Shown here: one piece after another, positions 1 to 12,860 of the stretch
How the letters are laid out: every line of letters begins with the position of its first letter
Numbering within the stretch: position 1 is the first letter of the stretch
Source: Octopus vulgaris
Taxonomy: Eukaryota
Direction of reading: 5' to 3'
Length of the DNA: 64,000 nt
Assembly (NCBI GenBank): GCA_951406725.2
Contig: OX597823.1
Span: 13,020,001-13,084,000, forward strand
Made by a program: the position numbers and the translations under genes
Notes under the pieces: generated by a model
Database searches by the model: none
Told to the model about the DNA's origin: nothing
What the model saw: the letters and a program-made list of their open reading frames with translations, nothing else

Positions 1-2
<2 letters not shown>

Positions 3-72
<70 letters not shown>
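3..72. repeat. (TA)n microsatellite
   Basis: Pure TA run; one of dozens of TA/TG/TATG tracts in the window. Confidence 0.95.
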
Positions 73-76
<4 letters not shown>

Positions 77-844
77 CTAAAATGTAAATATTTGTGCAAC
101 ATACTCATCTTACCTATTAAATGTATAAATGTTTATTAAATGAACATTACATTTTTTATTTCCCTTATTATTTTTGTTATTACTATTATGATCATATTTG
201 TTTTAATTGTTAATGGTATGTTTGATTTCTTTGTTTTGCATAGACGTTACATACTTAATAATGTGTGTATGACTTCGATTACATTGCCTGTAGCTTGTAC
301 GAGAGACTCGCAATTACTTCTTTAATAAATCAAAACAAAACATCATATTTATAAGCTGATAGTTATTTTCTTAATAAACCCATGCCTATCTTCTCACATC
401 TGTATAATACCACAGCTAATAAAATGACAAATGCAATAGCATTACTTACGTTCCTTAGCTACAGGAGCGATGGAAGGTATGTCATATTGAAATAGTGTTT
501 GAGCAAGACATTACAAACGAAACTCAGTATCGTAAAGTATTTAGCACAACGCATTAACATATCAGCTCTATCTACCACATTCTCTTATACATTGCACGAT
601 GTGGTTAAGTAGAGTTACTCATGCGTTAGAAATTGCTTCAAACATGAAGAAATCTTACGTAATATCCGTTAAGAACAATAACTTGTAATGTTACAAAATT
701 TGGAAATTAGATTTTGCGATACTTATGCTACCTCAAATGCTTCATGATTTGGGAATAATGTAGGAAACTGGATTCAGCAAGGCATTAAACTATACACATT
801 CATCTTTGAGTCGAAACACTCTAACTAATCATTCTTATAAACTA

Positions 845-1244
845 CTAGCAGTATCGCCCGGCGTTGCTCGGGTTTGTAAGGGAAATAACTATATAAGCAT
901 TTTTAGAGAGTTATAGCCAAAAAATAGCAAAAAAATGCATTAAAAATGGAAAACAAATGATGGTAATTTTTTTTTTTAAATCGTTGACTCATCGTAGACA
1001 TTTTTAGAGAGTTATTTCCCTTATATAATAGCGAAAAAAATGCATTAAAATGGAAAAAAATGATGGTAATTTTTTTTTTTAATTGTAGACTCATCGTAGA
1101 CGCGCGCTAATACCCAGAAGGGCTCGATATGAATCACGACTATAAGATATCCGGTTTTGGTTAAACTGCACCGCAAAATGTGGGAGTAGTTAGGAATCTA
1201 AAACGTAGGAGACAGACATACAACCTTACTTTTATATATAAAGA
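845..1244 (-). mobile_element. Non-autonomous Helitron, copy 1
   Basis: Minus strand begins TCTTTATATATAAAAG and ends CCCGAGCAACGCCGGG-CGATACTG-CTAG (3' hairpin + CTAG). Inserted between A and T with no TSD. Homologous to 51181-51562; carries an internal ~100-bp tandem duplication (899-1100). Confidence 0.85.
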
Positions 1245-1739
1245 TTAGTTTATTTATACGCAAGCGCACAGTTTGTAAAAGGGAGAAATAAAGGAGCATG
1301 ACAAGTGCAAATTATGTGATTTGACAAAAATTATAATCACATAGATCAAAATGTACATGGAGCTAGTGGATGTGACGTATAAGTTTTTGCACTGGATTTG
1401 ACTCAATCCCATGCATTAAACTGCAATGGTGACATATTATGCAATTAACCTTCAGTGGTTGTAAAAAGAAGTCTTAACACTGAGTCACGTGATGATTTTC
1501 CCATTATTGTACTACCAATGTTTTGGAGAGAAAATAAAAATATGCCACTCATTTATTTCACACCAAAAGACACTCAAGCACATAATTCCTGTTCCAAATT
1601 GGTGTACACACGAAATGTGTTGTAGGTGGTCCTTCGTTACCTCTTGTACAGTGTTGTTGGCAGGCGGTGCATTTTAATTTAAGGCGATGCATTTTAAAAT
1701 ATCCTTGATGTTCTTCAAACGTTAATCAGTAATGTGTGT

Positions 1740-1740
<1 letters not shown>

Positions 1741-1811
<71 letters not shown>
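1741..1811. repeat. (GATA)n microsatellite
   Basis: Pure TAGA tetranucleotide run. Confidence 0.95.
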
Positions 1812-1812
<1 letters not shown>

Positions 1813-2959
1813 CACAGATGTTTGTGTGTACATGTGCATTCTAAAAGAAATAGATTTCTTAGTATAACTATTACAACACTAAGTATTCTATAAAAAGACA
1901 CCAGTTCTTGAGCCAGTGTATGCAGTAATTTCAGTTACCTGTATGTTTAGTACTAATGAGTGGACTTTGCTATAAATTATGTGTATTATTATTATTAATA
2001 TAACAGCATTAAACATTCGAACGATTGTAATATTTACATAGTTGCGTTGCACCATATAAAGGAATATACCTAGATAAACACATAAAAATACAATGAGGGC
2101 AACTCCCACAAACAAAAGCCTCTGATAGCACCGATGTTCCTGATCATGGAGAGAGTTTGCATCTCTGTTTGTGATGCATCCTGCAAATAGGTGTGAGCAG
2201 TATATTCGTCTTATCTGTCTCTCACTCAAGTAATTATCACTTCTATTTGATATCTTGACTCAGTCGATAAATTACACATCATTTCAGATATAGTCTAAAG
2301 TGTCTTCCAGCTTGTTTCGAAAGCACGTGAAAGCTCGTCTCACACTTTCTTTCTTTTGTTCTTTCTTTCTGTCTTTCTTTCTTCTTTTTTCTCTTATCTT
2401 TTATTTATTCAATTTTTATTTGAAGAGAAAAACGCAAGAAATGGCTTCATTTACTTCTTTGCTTTCTTTATTTAGCATTGTCTTCTAAATAACAATTCTC
2501 TTACATTTGTTCTTTAACTGGAACTGACTGGCATGTTATGTTAGCAGCACTCTTGTTTGCAATTAATATTATTAGAACTAACACTAACCATTACAGCAGT
2601 GTTTGCTAGAATATAAATAACTCTGTTGGCAACCGCTTATACTGCTTCATCTCTAATTACTTTTGTTCTTTTTTTTTCTATTTGTCTTTTTCGGTGGATC
2701 TCTTTAAAATAATTTCACTACATTTTCATACATTTTAAGGGCGTATACTTACTCGCACGTTTGTGATTAGCATTTCTTTCCGATACTCCAGGGCAACCCA
2801 TGAAAAATTTTGCGTATCTATTGCCAGTCAAATATAGTAAAGAATTAAGTAGTTGCAGAAATGTGTAGCAAATTAACTATTTCTCATCTACTGAACTGTG
2901 AGAAATCAAGTTCAACGGTGCTGCACACGCCCGTTTATCGCAAATTAAAAAAACCCAGC

Positions 2960-2971
2960 AATAGTAATAGC

Positions 2972-3020
<49 letters not shown>

Positions 3021-3110
3021 GTGATGATGATGATGATAATAATAATAATGATGAGGAGGATAATAATAATAATGATGATGATGATGATGATGATGATAAT
3101 GATGATGATA
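2960..3110. repeat. Compound (AAT)n/(GAT)n microsatellite
   Basis: Trinucleotide runs; source of the poly-N/poly-D ORF. Confidence 0.9.
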
Positions 3111-4183
3111 AGAAGATATATTACAAATTTGACAGAAACTTAGACCTCAGATTCTGGTCACCCGTCCCTACAATATTAATCCATTTTCAATTAACACCGA
3201 TGGAATGCATCTGGAGGACTGAAATTATTTGTATTATTTCCTTGCTTCCATAACCGGACTGTTTCTTCCTTATATATAGAAGATTATCAATGTAATTCAA
3301 GAATAGGTTATGAAATTCTAGCGCTTAAACTTCTAAAATGGAGTTGGCTAAAAACATATTCTGTATATGACTATGTCACAGTAAACTTTATTTGTCTGTC
3401 CCCAATACAAGCCAAATCATATTTACATAGTGAACTACCTTCGAAAGCATGGATTAAGATTATATTTATCTCGGTCAGATATTTCTATATAACTGATAAA
3501 CCTTCATGGTACCTGTATCACGCATGGAATAACATACCAACCGTGATTTACCCGGTTTGGTTCTATCATAATGAGCTCAGCTCTGTAGAGAGTCACATGA
3601 ATATTGACTTTGCAAGACTCTGATATCGAAATTCTTGTCCGCATTATGATTAATATTTCTACATCATTTCCGTTAGCACTCACGTAGGAAAATTACATAT
3701 ATATTGCTTGGAAATTTGGCACACGCATACACATCTGCGTGTGTATGCATGTGTGTGCTTGTGTGTGCAGGTGTATACGTGTGTGTGCGCTCGTGTCTAT
3801 GTATATGTACGTAGGTATATACATATATATGAATGTATGCATATATGCATGTATGCATGTATACACACTCATTATATTGTATATACATACGTATACGTAT
3901 ACATTTATACACATATATTTCTGTGTTTGTGTGTGTGCGCGTGTGTGTGTGTATTTGTACATATGAGTGTAGAATGTAAAATATTTTTATATATGAATGC
4001 TTAAATGTTTCTACATCTGTTATAGTAATACATTTTTCGGTTGTTTGTGTATGCGCAAATGGGAATATATAATTCTGTATGTGTGTGCCTAATGGTCATG
4101 TTTTATAAAAGATGATAATCTATACGTATATATATATATATATATACACATATATATATATGTATGTATGTATGTATATATGC

Positions 4184-4239
<56 letters not shown>

Positions 4240-6694
4240 TATGTTTTTGATTTTTTGATTCTGCTTCTTTCCATCTTTTCCTCTGCTTGTGTGTTTGCGT
4301 TTGTGCATGAATATGCGTATATATTTATATTTCGTTTGCGTATATACATGCTGCTTATGAGAACCAAGTCGGTAAGAGTGGCAAGCTAAACTCATTCATC
4401 CATACTTCTCACAGTTACAGTGAACAATGGAAGCTGAAAAATTATATATAGTCGGACTGAATACGGTGAGGTCGACTGCCTCTTTTGTTATCAAAGAGAA
4501 CAATAAACAGACTGAAATCAAAACGAGAAAGAAATACTTTAAATCTACTAAATACGAAAATATAAAATGCAGACTATAAAGAAAGAAAAATAAAAGAACG
4601 ATAGAATGAGGGGAAAAAATCTCCAGACAGAAACCATTTCACGAATTCATTTATTTTCTATAGAATATCGGCTTATGCAAATATATGATTTTTCTTCTTC
4701 TCAGGTCTACCATTCAATTAATTAGAAGAATTTCTGGTTTTGGACAATTAACTCAGTCTCTTTGATACTGGTTTTATAAATGAAATAGTACTCTCTGTAG
4801 GAAAAAATTCTGACGTCGATAAACCAAAACAAAAATGTTTAATAAAACAACATCTCAAGTAACCATATTAATTGTAGTAAAACTAGGAATAGTATGTTTA
4901 TTTTACTGTAATTTTTTTTAACAATTATTGCTAACTTTTCGTTATTTTATTTAGAAACATCATTGTTCGGTGGTATTTCTTTCCGGAAATTAAAGGCACA
5001 TCCAGCTGATACGAGAAAATTAATTAATAAAAAATTTCCTTCAATTATTGGGCACTTAAATTAACCAAGTCAGTTGTAGACAGCTTCTTGTTAAAATTAC
5101 AATCGAACATAAGAACATTTTGAGAATAACATTGTACTAACATTGTATGGTATCTATTGGCAAGTAGAAATGCTGCGCTATTAGTATTACATGTATCTTT
5201 GATAAACCTAAATAACAGCAGAAATACTTAGTCACAACCTCAGTCTATTTAGATCAATAGGTGAAGCAACCGTATAAACTCGAATCTTGATTACTGCTAA
5301 TAATCAATGTGTAAGTTGAGAGGGTATACAGATTGGCCATAACTGAATAAAATTTATGCAGTTTTATGGACACTCTGCTGGAGATATATAGTTATAACCA
5401 CAAGTATTGAAGCATGACTATGGTTAAAATCAATATGGTTTTTATATTTCCATATCTTCAATTCAGTTAATATCTATTCATTGTAGCACCTACTTCGTAT
5501 AATGGCTGAACGGTTAATGTTTATACCTCGTGTGACACTTACATGCAGTTTATAAATGACTAATACACATAATAATTAAAATATACTATTGCCAGGAATA
5601 TTTCATATTTGAATTCAAATTTCAGCTTTAGCTGACGTCACATAACGGTTAATCATATTCTTCAAAATTCCAGGAATATGGAGCAAGTGCTCAATAAATC
5701 CATGATAACTGTTATGCCAGAAAAATCATTCGTAAATATATAGTTGTTATAAACTATGTTATATAAACAAGCAATATGGATTAATAGATGATAAATGAAT
5801 GACGGGAAGTATATTTAAATTTATTTTTCTAAATTCAGTTATGCAATAACGTTAAAGTGAGGGAAGCTAGATTAGAACTTGAAAACAAATATAGTTATGA
5901 TATCATCGTTATTGTCATGCTCAACAACGATAGATAATTCTAGATATAAGGAAGCATTCTTTAATATTCAGATGCTAATAGAATTCTATAAAAGGCTTCA
6001 ATTCCGATATAATGAAGTTAATTTCATATTTACTATTTATACGTGTTGCTCGGGCATCATTTATTGTAAGGGAAATAATCACTTCCGAAATATCAGCGAG
6101 TTTACATGCCTGAAATTTAAATTGAATAGTTAAAGAAGAAGATGCATCGAATATACATAGCTATTTCATTCGACTCATTGCGAAAATCTTGTTCTTTATG
6201 TATTTGCCTTTATGCTTACATGGAATTTTAGAATTGCTTATGTAGATTACAAAAGAAAATAGATTCAGCAACTGCATAGCAATACTCCAGTTTAAATCAA
6301 AACCCGACCAATATTTTCATTGAAATATAATTCTACTTTCCTCAGTTTCCAAATTCATATCTTGCTTACATCATCCGAACCACCGAAAGTAGAGTTTTTT
6401 GTTAAATATTCATGTCAGTGTAAATATAACTTTATATGATATATATATATACAATATTAGAGAAAAACCACCTTTTATCAATTCAAAATGAATAATTAAA
6501 ATACACCATCTAGAAAACTCCATATAATAGAAAAGTTAAAATCAAAATAACAATTAAAAAGTAAAGATTAAGCATATTACAATATATATTATATTGTGTG
6601 GAATTTGATTTAGTATTTCTAAATTGAAATCTATTTCCTTGTAAGTTTTGATTTTATTTCCTCAAATAATAATTAATATATATATATATATAAA

Positions 6695-7050
6695 TAAATC
6701 CTTAAATCCTTAAAAATGTTTCAGACCGTGGGCTGGGGCCCTGCTAGGGCAACACCGTTGAATGAGCTACGCTAGTATGTGAAACCACCACTGTGATACG
6801 TGGCACGTGATCAACAACGGAGTTCGATGCCGCTATCCTCATCTGTGTTTCCTGCCGAAAGGTAGGTTCATCTGGGACCCCTGACAAGAAGAGATCCAGT
6901 TTAGTTTTAAAGAAACCCACATCCACACCATGCAGGTCTCCTAGGCATTTAGGAAGGATATTGAGTAGCTGTGGTCCTCTGAAACCCAGGCTGTTGCAGT
7001 ATCTGGTCCTGTATTTTGATGGTGATGTTGGGATCTTTGGCATAATACAT
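6695..7050 (-). mobile_element. 3' end of a CR1/L2-group LINE (ORF2 C-terminus, 3'UTR, short-repeat tail)
   Basis: Translation SLGFRGPQLLNILPKCL...FFKTKLDLFLSGVPDEP...AASNSVVDH resembles a CR1-group ORF2 C-terminus; ends in TTTAAGGATTTAAGGATTTA. Confidence 0.7.
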
Positions 7051-7379
7051 ACGGGTATGTGTGGATGGGTGGGTGGGTGATTGTGTCGATGGGTGGATGT
7101 GCGTTAAGCTAATTGTACCGGAGATAAAAATATTTATTCCTGCAAAAGACGTAATGTGCTTTCTAGTCAAAATTCCAATATCGCAATACTTGAGAAATAG
7201 ATTACATTATTGAAAGAACAAAAGAAAAAACCCTTTAAAATATGTTTGCACCTAAAGAGTGTATCATTATATTTTACCTTATAATATGGCGGTCTATTAC
7301 GGAGAGATAAGTAATAAAATGCACACACAAGCGCGTGCACACAGTCGTGCGCACACACCCAAGCGCACGCACACACATA

Positions 7380-7519
7380 AGTGTACGCACACATATGCAA
7401 ACACACATAAATAAATATATATATAAAGATATATATATATATATATGCATATATACACATACATACATATATAGATATACATACATAAATATATACGTAT
7501 GTGTATAAATATATATATA

Positions 7520-7565
<46 letters not shown>

Positions 7566-7630
7566 CATAAATATATATATATATATGTGTGTATATATAT
7601 ATACATACATATATATAAATACATATATAT

Positions 7631-7683
<53 letters not shown>

Positions 7684-7685
7684 TG

Positions 7686-7731
<46 letters not shown>

Positions 7732-7735
7732 TGTG
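7380..7735. repeat. Degenerate (TA)n/(TACA)n/(TG)n tract
   Basis: Direct inspection. Confidence 0.9.
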
Positions 7736-8076
7736 ATTCAGTGGACCGATGGAGATTCTGTAAAAGATTCATATCCGCATATTATATACAAAATTCGAGA
7801 GCTACGGTTGTGTGAATTTTAATTTTCCATTCACTAAAACCTTATTGCATGAACAATTTTCACGGTTTTCAAAACGAAATGTTTGTTTTGCAATCTCACG
7901 TTGGATCATTGTCGAAAGCATTACATGAATATCCATGTAACTGATTGAAATACAATCCAATTAGAAATATCTTTACTCCTATTGATTCCATGTAATTTTC
8001 CAATTTCTAAACAAGGAAATATCGTATACATCATAGTTAAGGAAACCCGTTGCATCTCATTAACGAAAATTATATA

Positions 8077-8228
8077 GGCGCAGGCGTGGATGAGTGGTAA
8101 GTAGCTTGCTTACCAACTACATGGTTTTAGATTCAGTCCCACTGCGTGGCACCTTGGGCAAGTCTATTCTACTATAGCATCGGGCCTTGTGAGTGGATTT
8201 GGTAGACGGAGATTGACAGAGGCCCGTC

Positions 8229-8314
<86 letters not shown>

Positions 8315-8830
8315 ATATATATAATTTTATTTGTTAGGGAATGAATATCCCGGCATAACAGGGGTTCAAATTATCCTCAATGAAGAAATATATTTTCATT
8401 TAGAGATAGTAGGCCCCTTCATCTCACCATATAAAAGAGAATTTCTATTTTAGATACCTACTCCGTTATAACTTGGCTACACGTCATTTAATTCAAATAA
8501 AAAATTCAAATAAAAAATTACAAAAATAAAATAAGAAATAAAAATGCGAAAGAAATACGAAAAATAAAAAGTTACAAAAACTATGTCCTCACGTAACTTA
8601 TATCTATAAATACAAAATTAGTAATAAATAGGGTTAAAATATATACTTGTGATAATATAAATTGATATAAAATGAAAGGAATGGCACCAGAAATATATAC
8701 GAATAAAAATAGAGGCAATGACGAATAAAAAATTTCGAATAAAAACTATAGTACTAATTACGAACTGCAAAATTTACAAATAATACGAAAGATAACTTTA
8801 AAAATTTATATATGTATATATATATATACA

Positions 8831-8891
<61 letters not shown>

Positions 8892-9133
8892 GTATGTATG
8901 TATGTATGTATGTATGTATGTATGTATGTATGTATGTATGTATGTATATATATGTTTGTGTGTCTGTGTTTATCCCCCCAACATCGCTTAACAACCGGTT
9001 CGGCAAGAGAGACCGATAGAATAAGTACTAGGGTTACAAAGACTAAGTCCTGGTGTCGATTTGCTCGACTAAAGGCGATGCTCCAGTATGGCCGCAGTCA
9101 AATGACTGAAACAAATAAAATAATAAAAGAATA
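8077..9133 (+). mobile_element. tRNA-derived SINE family A (CORE-like, internal microsatellite), split by a ~490-bp insert
   Basis: Head GGCGCAGG..TGGTAAG..TTCAGTCCCACTGCGTGGCACCTTGGGCAAGT at 8077-8230; tail GACCGATAGAATAAGTACT..GCTCCAGTATGGCCGCAGTCAAATGACTGAAACA at 8955-9133; unrelated sequence at 8321-8806 in the central TA tract. Confidence 0.8.
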
Positions 9134-12001
9134 AGGCTTCAAACTGCAGCCTATATAATACCAAAGGAGTGTTTCTGTAGCTTGATTAATTGAATGTTAT
9201 GTTTTTGAATGCATTTTAACCTTGTACCTGCTCTGGTCAATAGACATGGGATCAAAGACGTTCCATGCATGCCCATTTTCTCTGTATTTCAAATTTATTG
9301 TAACTAGAAGTAAATTATCTGCCATTCAAAAATGCATGCTTTAATTTGAGGAAGACTTGGTTGTTATTTTCGCAGTTTGAATGAATATATAGTCAGTGAT
9401 GTGAACGAAGGATATTGAGAGGTATTTTCTTCCAATGGCATTCAATTGCGGCTCGTTGAGACCTACAATTACCATAACTATTTCAACGGAACTATATGAA
9501 TAAAACTAATGCGAAAGCACTAAGAAGAACAAAGATATGTGTAGGAAATTCCAGTTAATAACTATGTGTGTATGCTGCAAACGCAGAGTTGAACGATTAC
9601 ATGAGAAGAAGACGAGGTGTCAATACTCGGAGTTGTAAATTCCCATTCTCACAAGCTTCATGTATCAAACTGTAACTTGATATCAGAACGCTGTAGCTTA
9701 CCAGGGAAGACAGCGACAATATTATCAAACTGTTTTTGAGTTTTAGTGTCTGCTGTGTTCAATTATTCTTTTAGGTACATTTATAAATTGATCTGGGGCC
9801 CCCGCTTTCAGTTGTAATTAAAAGGCATTATCTTGTATCGAGATACCCGATGAGCACATCTGAAAATATTTCACAATGAACATCTGCCATTCTAGTTAAG
9901 TAAACTAATTAATACATGTTCCTACATGATTAATAAGAAAAGTGTAAACAGAGTCCAATGTTTGATATTTTAGTGGGAAATACCACATTAACGCGAAAAG
10001 ATGCTACTTGTCTCATAGTTTCTGAAATGTAAGGATGTTTATATCAACCATAAAGTACACAAACAGAATATCAAAAGAACAGAATTACACCATATTAACA
10101 AGATATATTAGATACGATTGAACCATTCTCAAATCATTTTGCCGATGGCATTATCTTCTTCAGTAGTGACTACCAATGTCTAAGATTTTTGCCATGGGCA
10201 TAGGTAGTATATACATATTTAGTTATAAGCATTTATCCATTTGCCATGCATAAGTAAGTTATATTTACTGTAAGTAGAGACATATATGCAAATTATCCAC
10301 TTGAATTATATTTTTTAAATAAAGAATTTATAATGATTCTTTTTTTCTTCATTTTCCTACATGTGTATATGTATATTTGTGAGTGCGTGTATGTGTGTGA
10401 TTGTGCGTGTGCGCATCTGTGTGTGTGCGTATATACTTACTTATATATGATACGATAATATTCGTATTTGTAGAAAATTTGTTCATTCTTTTATCTTACG
10501 TATAAATAAAAATTAAAAGAACTTCAGAAAGAAACTATGTTTAAACGCGTGCTCTCTAATCTGATCTTTAAAGCTGCACTTTCAATACGTTGGTGATTTG
10601 ACGTTTGTTTTAATGTTTGTTTTTTTTATTTTATTTCTATTGACTTAGCTAATTAAAGACACTGTCGAATAATGTCAACTTGTGTGCTTCCCTGCTTGTT
10701 ATTTCAACGCTACCGAAATTTAATATATATCTTTTTTTTTTTTTTATCAAATAGTCTTTGCTATCATTCAACCTTTCAATACTATTTCATTGTGTGTATT
10801 AGGCTAGTTTGTTTTCAGTTAGTTTTTTGAAACGAACTGTGTCGCTTTTAGAAATGTAGAGTAGTTGAGCGATTGCGTTGACATTAAACAAAGATGAATA
10901 GATTCAGTTGATTCTTTTTAAGTGCGTTAAAAGTATGAAAAGTTATAATATCTAGCGGCAGAGAAGAGAAAGCTTTGAAAATTAAATCAATGTAAGAATG
11001 ATTTATATAAAAAAAAAGCAATGCAAGTAAGAAAAAAAAAGAAAAGAAAATTGTCATCTATGAAGTTTTACAAAGTGAATTTTGAAACTAAACAATGGAA
11101 TGCAATGATCTAAAAATTGCACTGTTTTTTTTATCGACTTCACGCCTAACGGAATTTCATTACAATACCGCAGTCTTCGTCGGTACTTTTATGTTAAAAA
11201 GCTCCAACTAAATTGGGAGAATGTATCAGCCTACTATAGAATTTTAAATATATTACTTGAATTTCATCAGTTCACTCTCCCTAAATAGGTTGAAAACATC
11301 CTATTATAACAGGCATTACCGCGGTTTATAATTGAAACGAACATTTCTGCCAATTGTCCAAGAGCTTCGCCAAATATAATAAAGAAATTTAATGATATTT
11401 CTGTCCTTATTTATTCGTCTAAACAGAAGTAATTTCGACGCTATTTACTACAGCGTTTTTTTTAAAATTTAAATATCGATTTCTGTTCCTTGTGTTTGAT
11501 TTATGTGGTTAAATCTTATAGATTTATTTGAGAATGCATTCAACTTCGTAGCGGATGAAAAGGTATTTATTTATTCGATAAGGTGGCTGAGACCGCAAAC
11601 ATTTTGTCCACACTGTTACACTCATTTGTTTTTTACCTAAGAAAAAGTCGTTAAATGAAATAGAAAATACGTTTGACATAGCTGTGGTTGGAGTTTCTGC
11701 CAGTGGGTTACACTAGACATAGAATAAATGGTCTGAGGCAGTTCCTTAGATTAAAGTTTTCAGATGAACCAAAAATTTTCTGGTGATTTAATGATGGGAA
11801 ATATAAACCTCTTTTTGTTATACCTTGGGAATGTGTACTAATAAATAATGGAAATAAAGCATTTTCAACCAGTGGTCAAGTGCCACAGATTTAAAGACTA
11901 TACTGATCTCGAACTAAAAAAATTATACTGAAAATCGTGGTTGATGAAATTGATATTAGGTATATTATTCTTAATAGTAGAAAAGCATTGGGAATCGTAT
12001 A

Positions 12002-12042
<41 letters not shown>

Positions 12043-12451
12043 CTTGTACATTTAACTTCAAAATACTTGATGCGCAAAGAAAAACGGTCCGTTTATATTT
12101 CCAATACCATTCTCTTATGTAGCTGTGGTGAAATGTGAGTACAAAATTCTTATTGTGACGAGTCATAATGACTATAGCATTTAATTTTTCTTTCTTGACA
12201 GTTTAATTTTGTTCTGAGTCATAGTTCGTACTGTTGAAAAGCAACATCATTATAGGATGAAATAATTCTGAGACGTAGACCAAATAAGAAGTTTTATTAT
12301 CCTTTATGAAGTTGGATGGGATAAAATAATAACAAATCAGTGAAAGCTGGTCTTATTGCTGATGATATGATAGGAACTGACAGTTAGATAAAAGAGAACC
12401 ACAAACAATGGCTAAAGATGAACAGAATAAGTATATCTTGTATTTCTTGTA

Positions 12452-12860
12452 TAAGGCGGAATTGTTAGCACGCCGGGCGAATTGCTTAGCAGTATTTCGT
12501 CCGCCGCTGCGTTCTGAGTTCAAATTCCGCCGAGGTCGACTTTGCCTTTCATCCTTTCGAGGTTGATAAATTTAGTACCAGTCACACACTGGAGTCGATA
12601 TAATCGACGTAATCCGTTTGTCTGACCTTGTTTGTTCTCTCTGTGTTTAGCCCCTTGTGGGTAGTAAAGAAATAGGTATTTCGTCTGCCGGTACGTTCGG
12701 AGTTCAAATTCAGCCGAGGTCGACTTTGCCTTTCATCGTTTAGCGGTCGATAAATTAAGTACCTGTTACGCACTGGGTTCGATATAATCGATTTAATCCG
12801 TTTGTCTGTCCTTGTTTGTTCCCTCTATGTTTAGCCCCTTGTGGGCAATAAAGAAATAAG
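12452..12860 (+). mobile_element. SINE family B (Nin/Deu-like central domain), tandem dimer with 184-bp period
   Basis: B-box GAGTTCAAATTCC, domain GACTTTGCCTTTCATCCTTTCGAGGT.GATAAA..AGTACCAG and tail GCCCCTTGTGGG.A.TAAAGAAATA each occur twice; units start at 12492 and 12676. Confidence 0.85.

Noticed and set aside
7167-7815. Long YI/HT/CV-rich ORFs (also near 3.7, 38, 47.7, 52.5 and 60.7 kb)
   Set aside because: Translations of TA/CA/TG microsatellites, which lack stop codons
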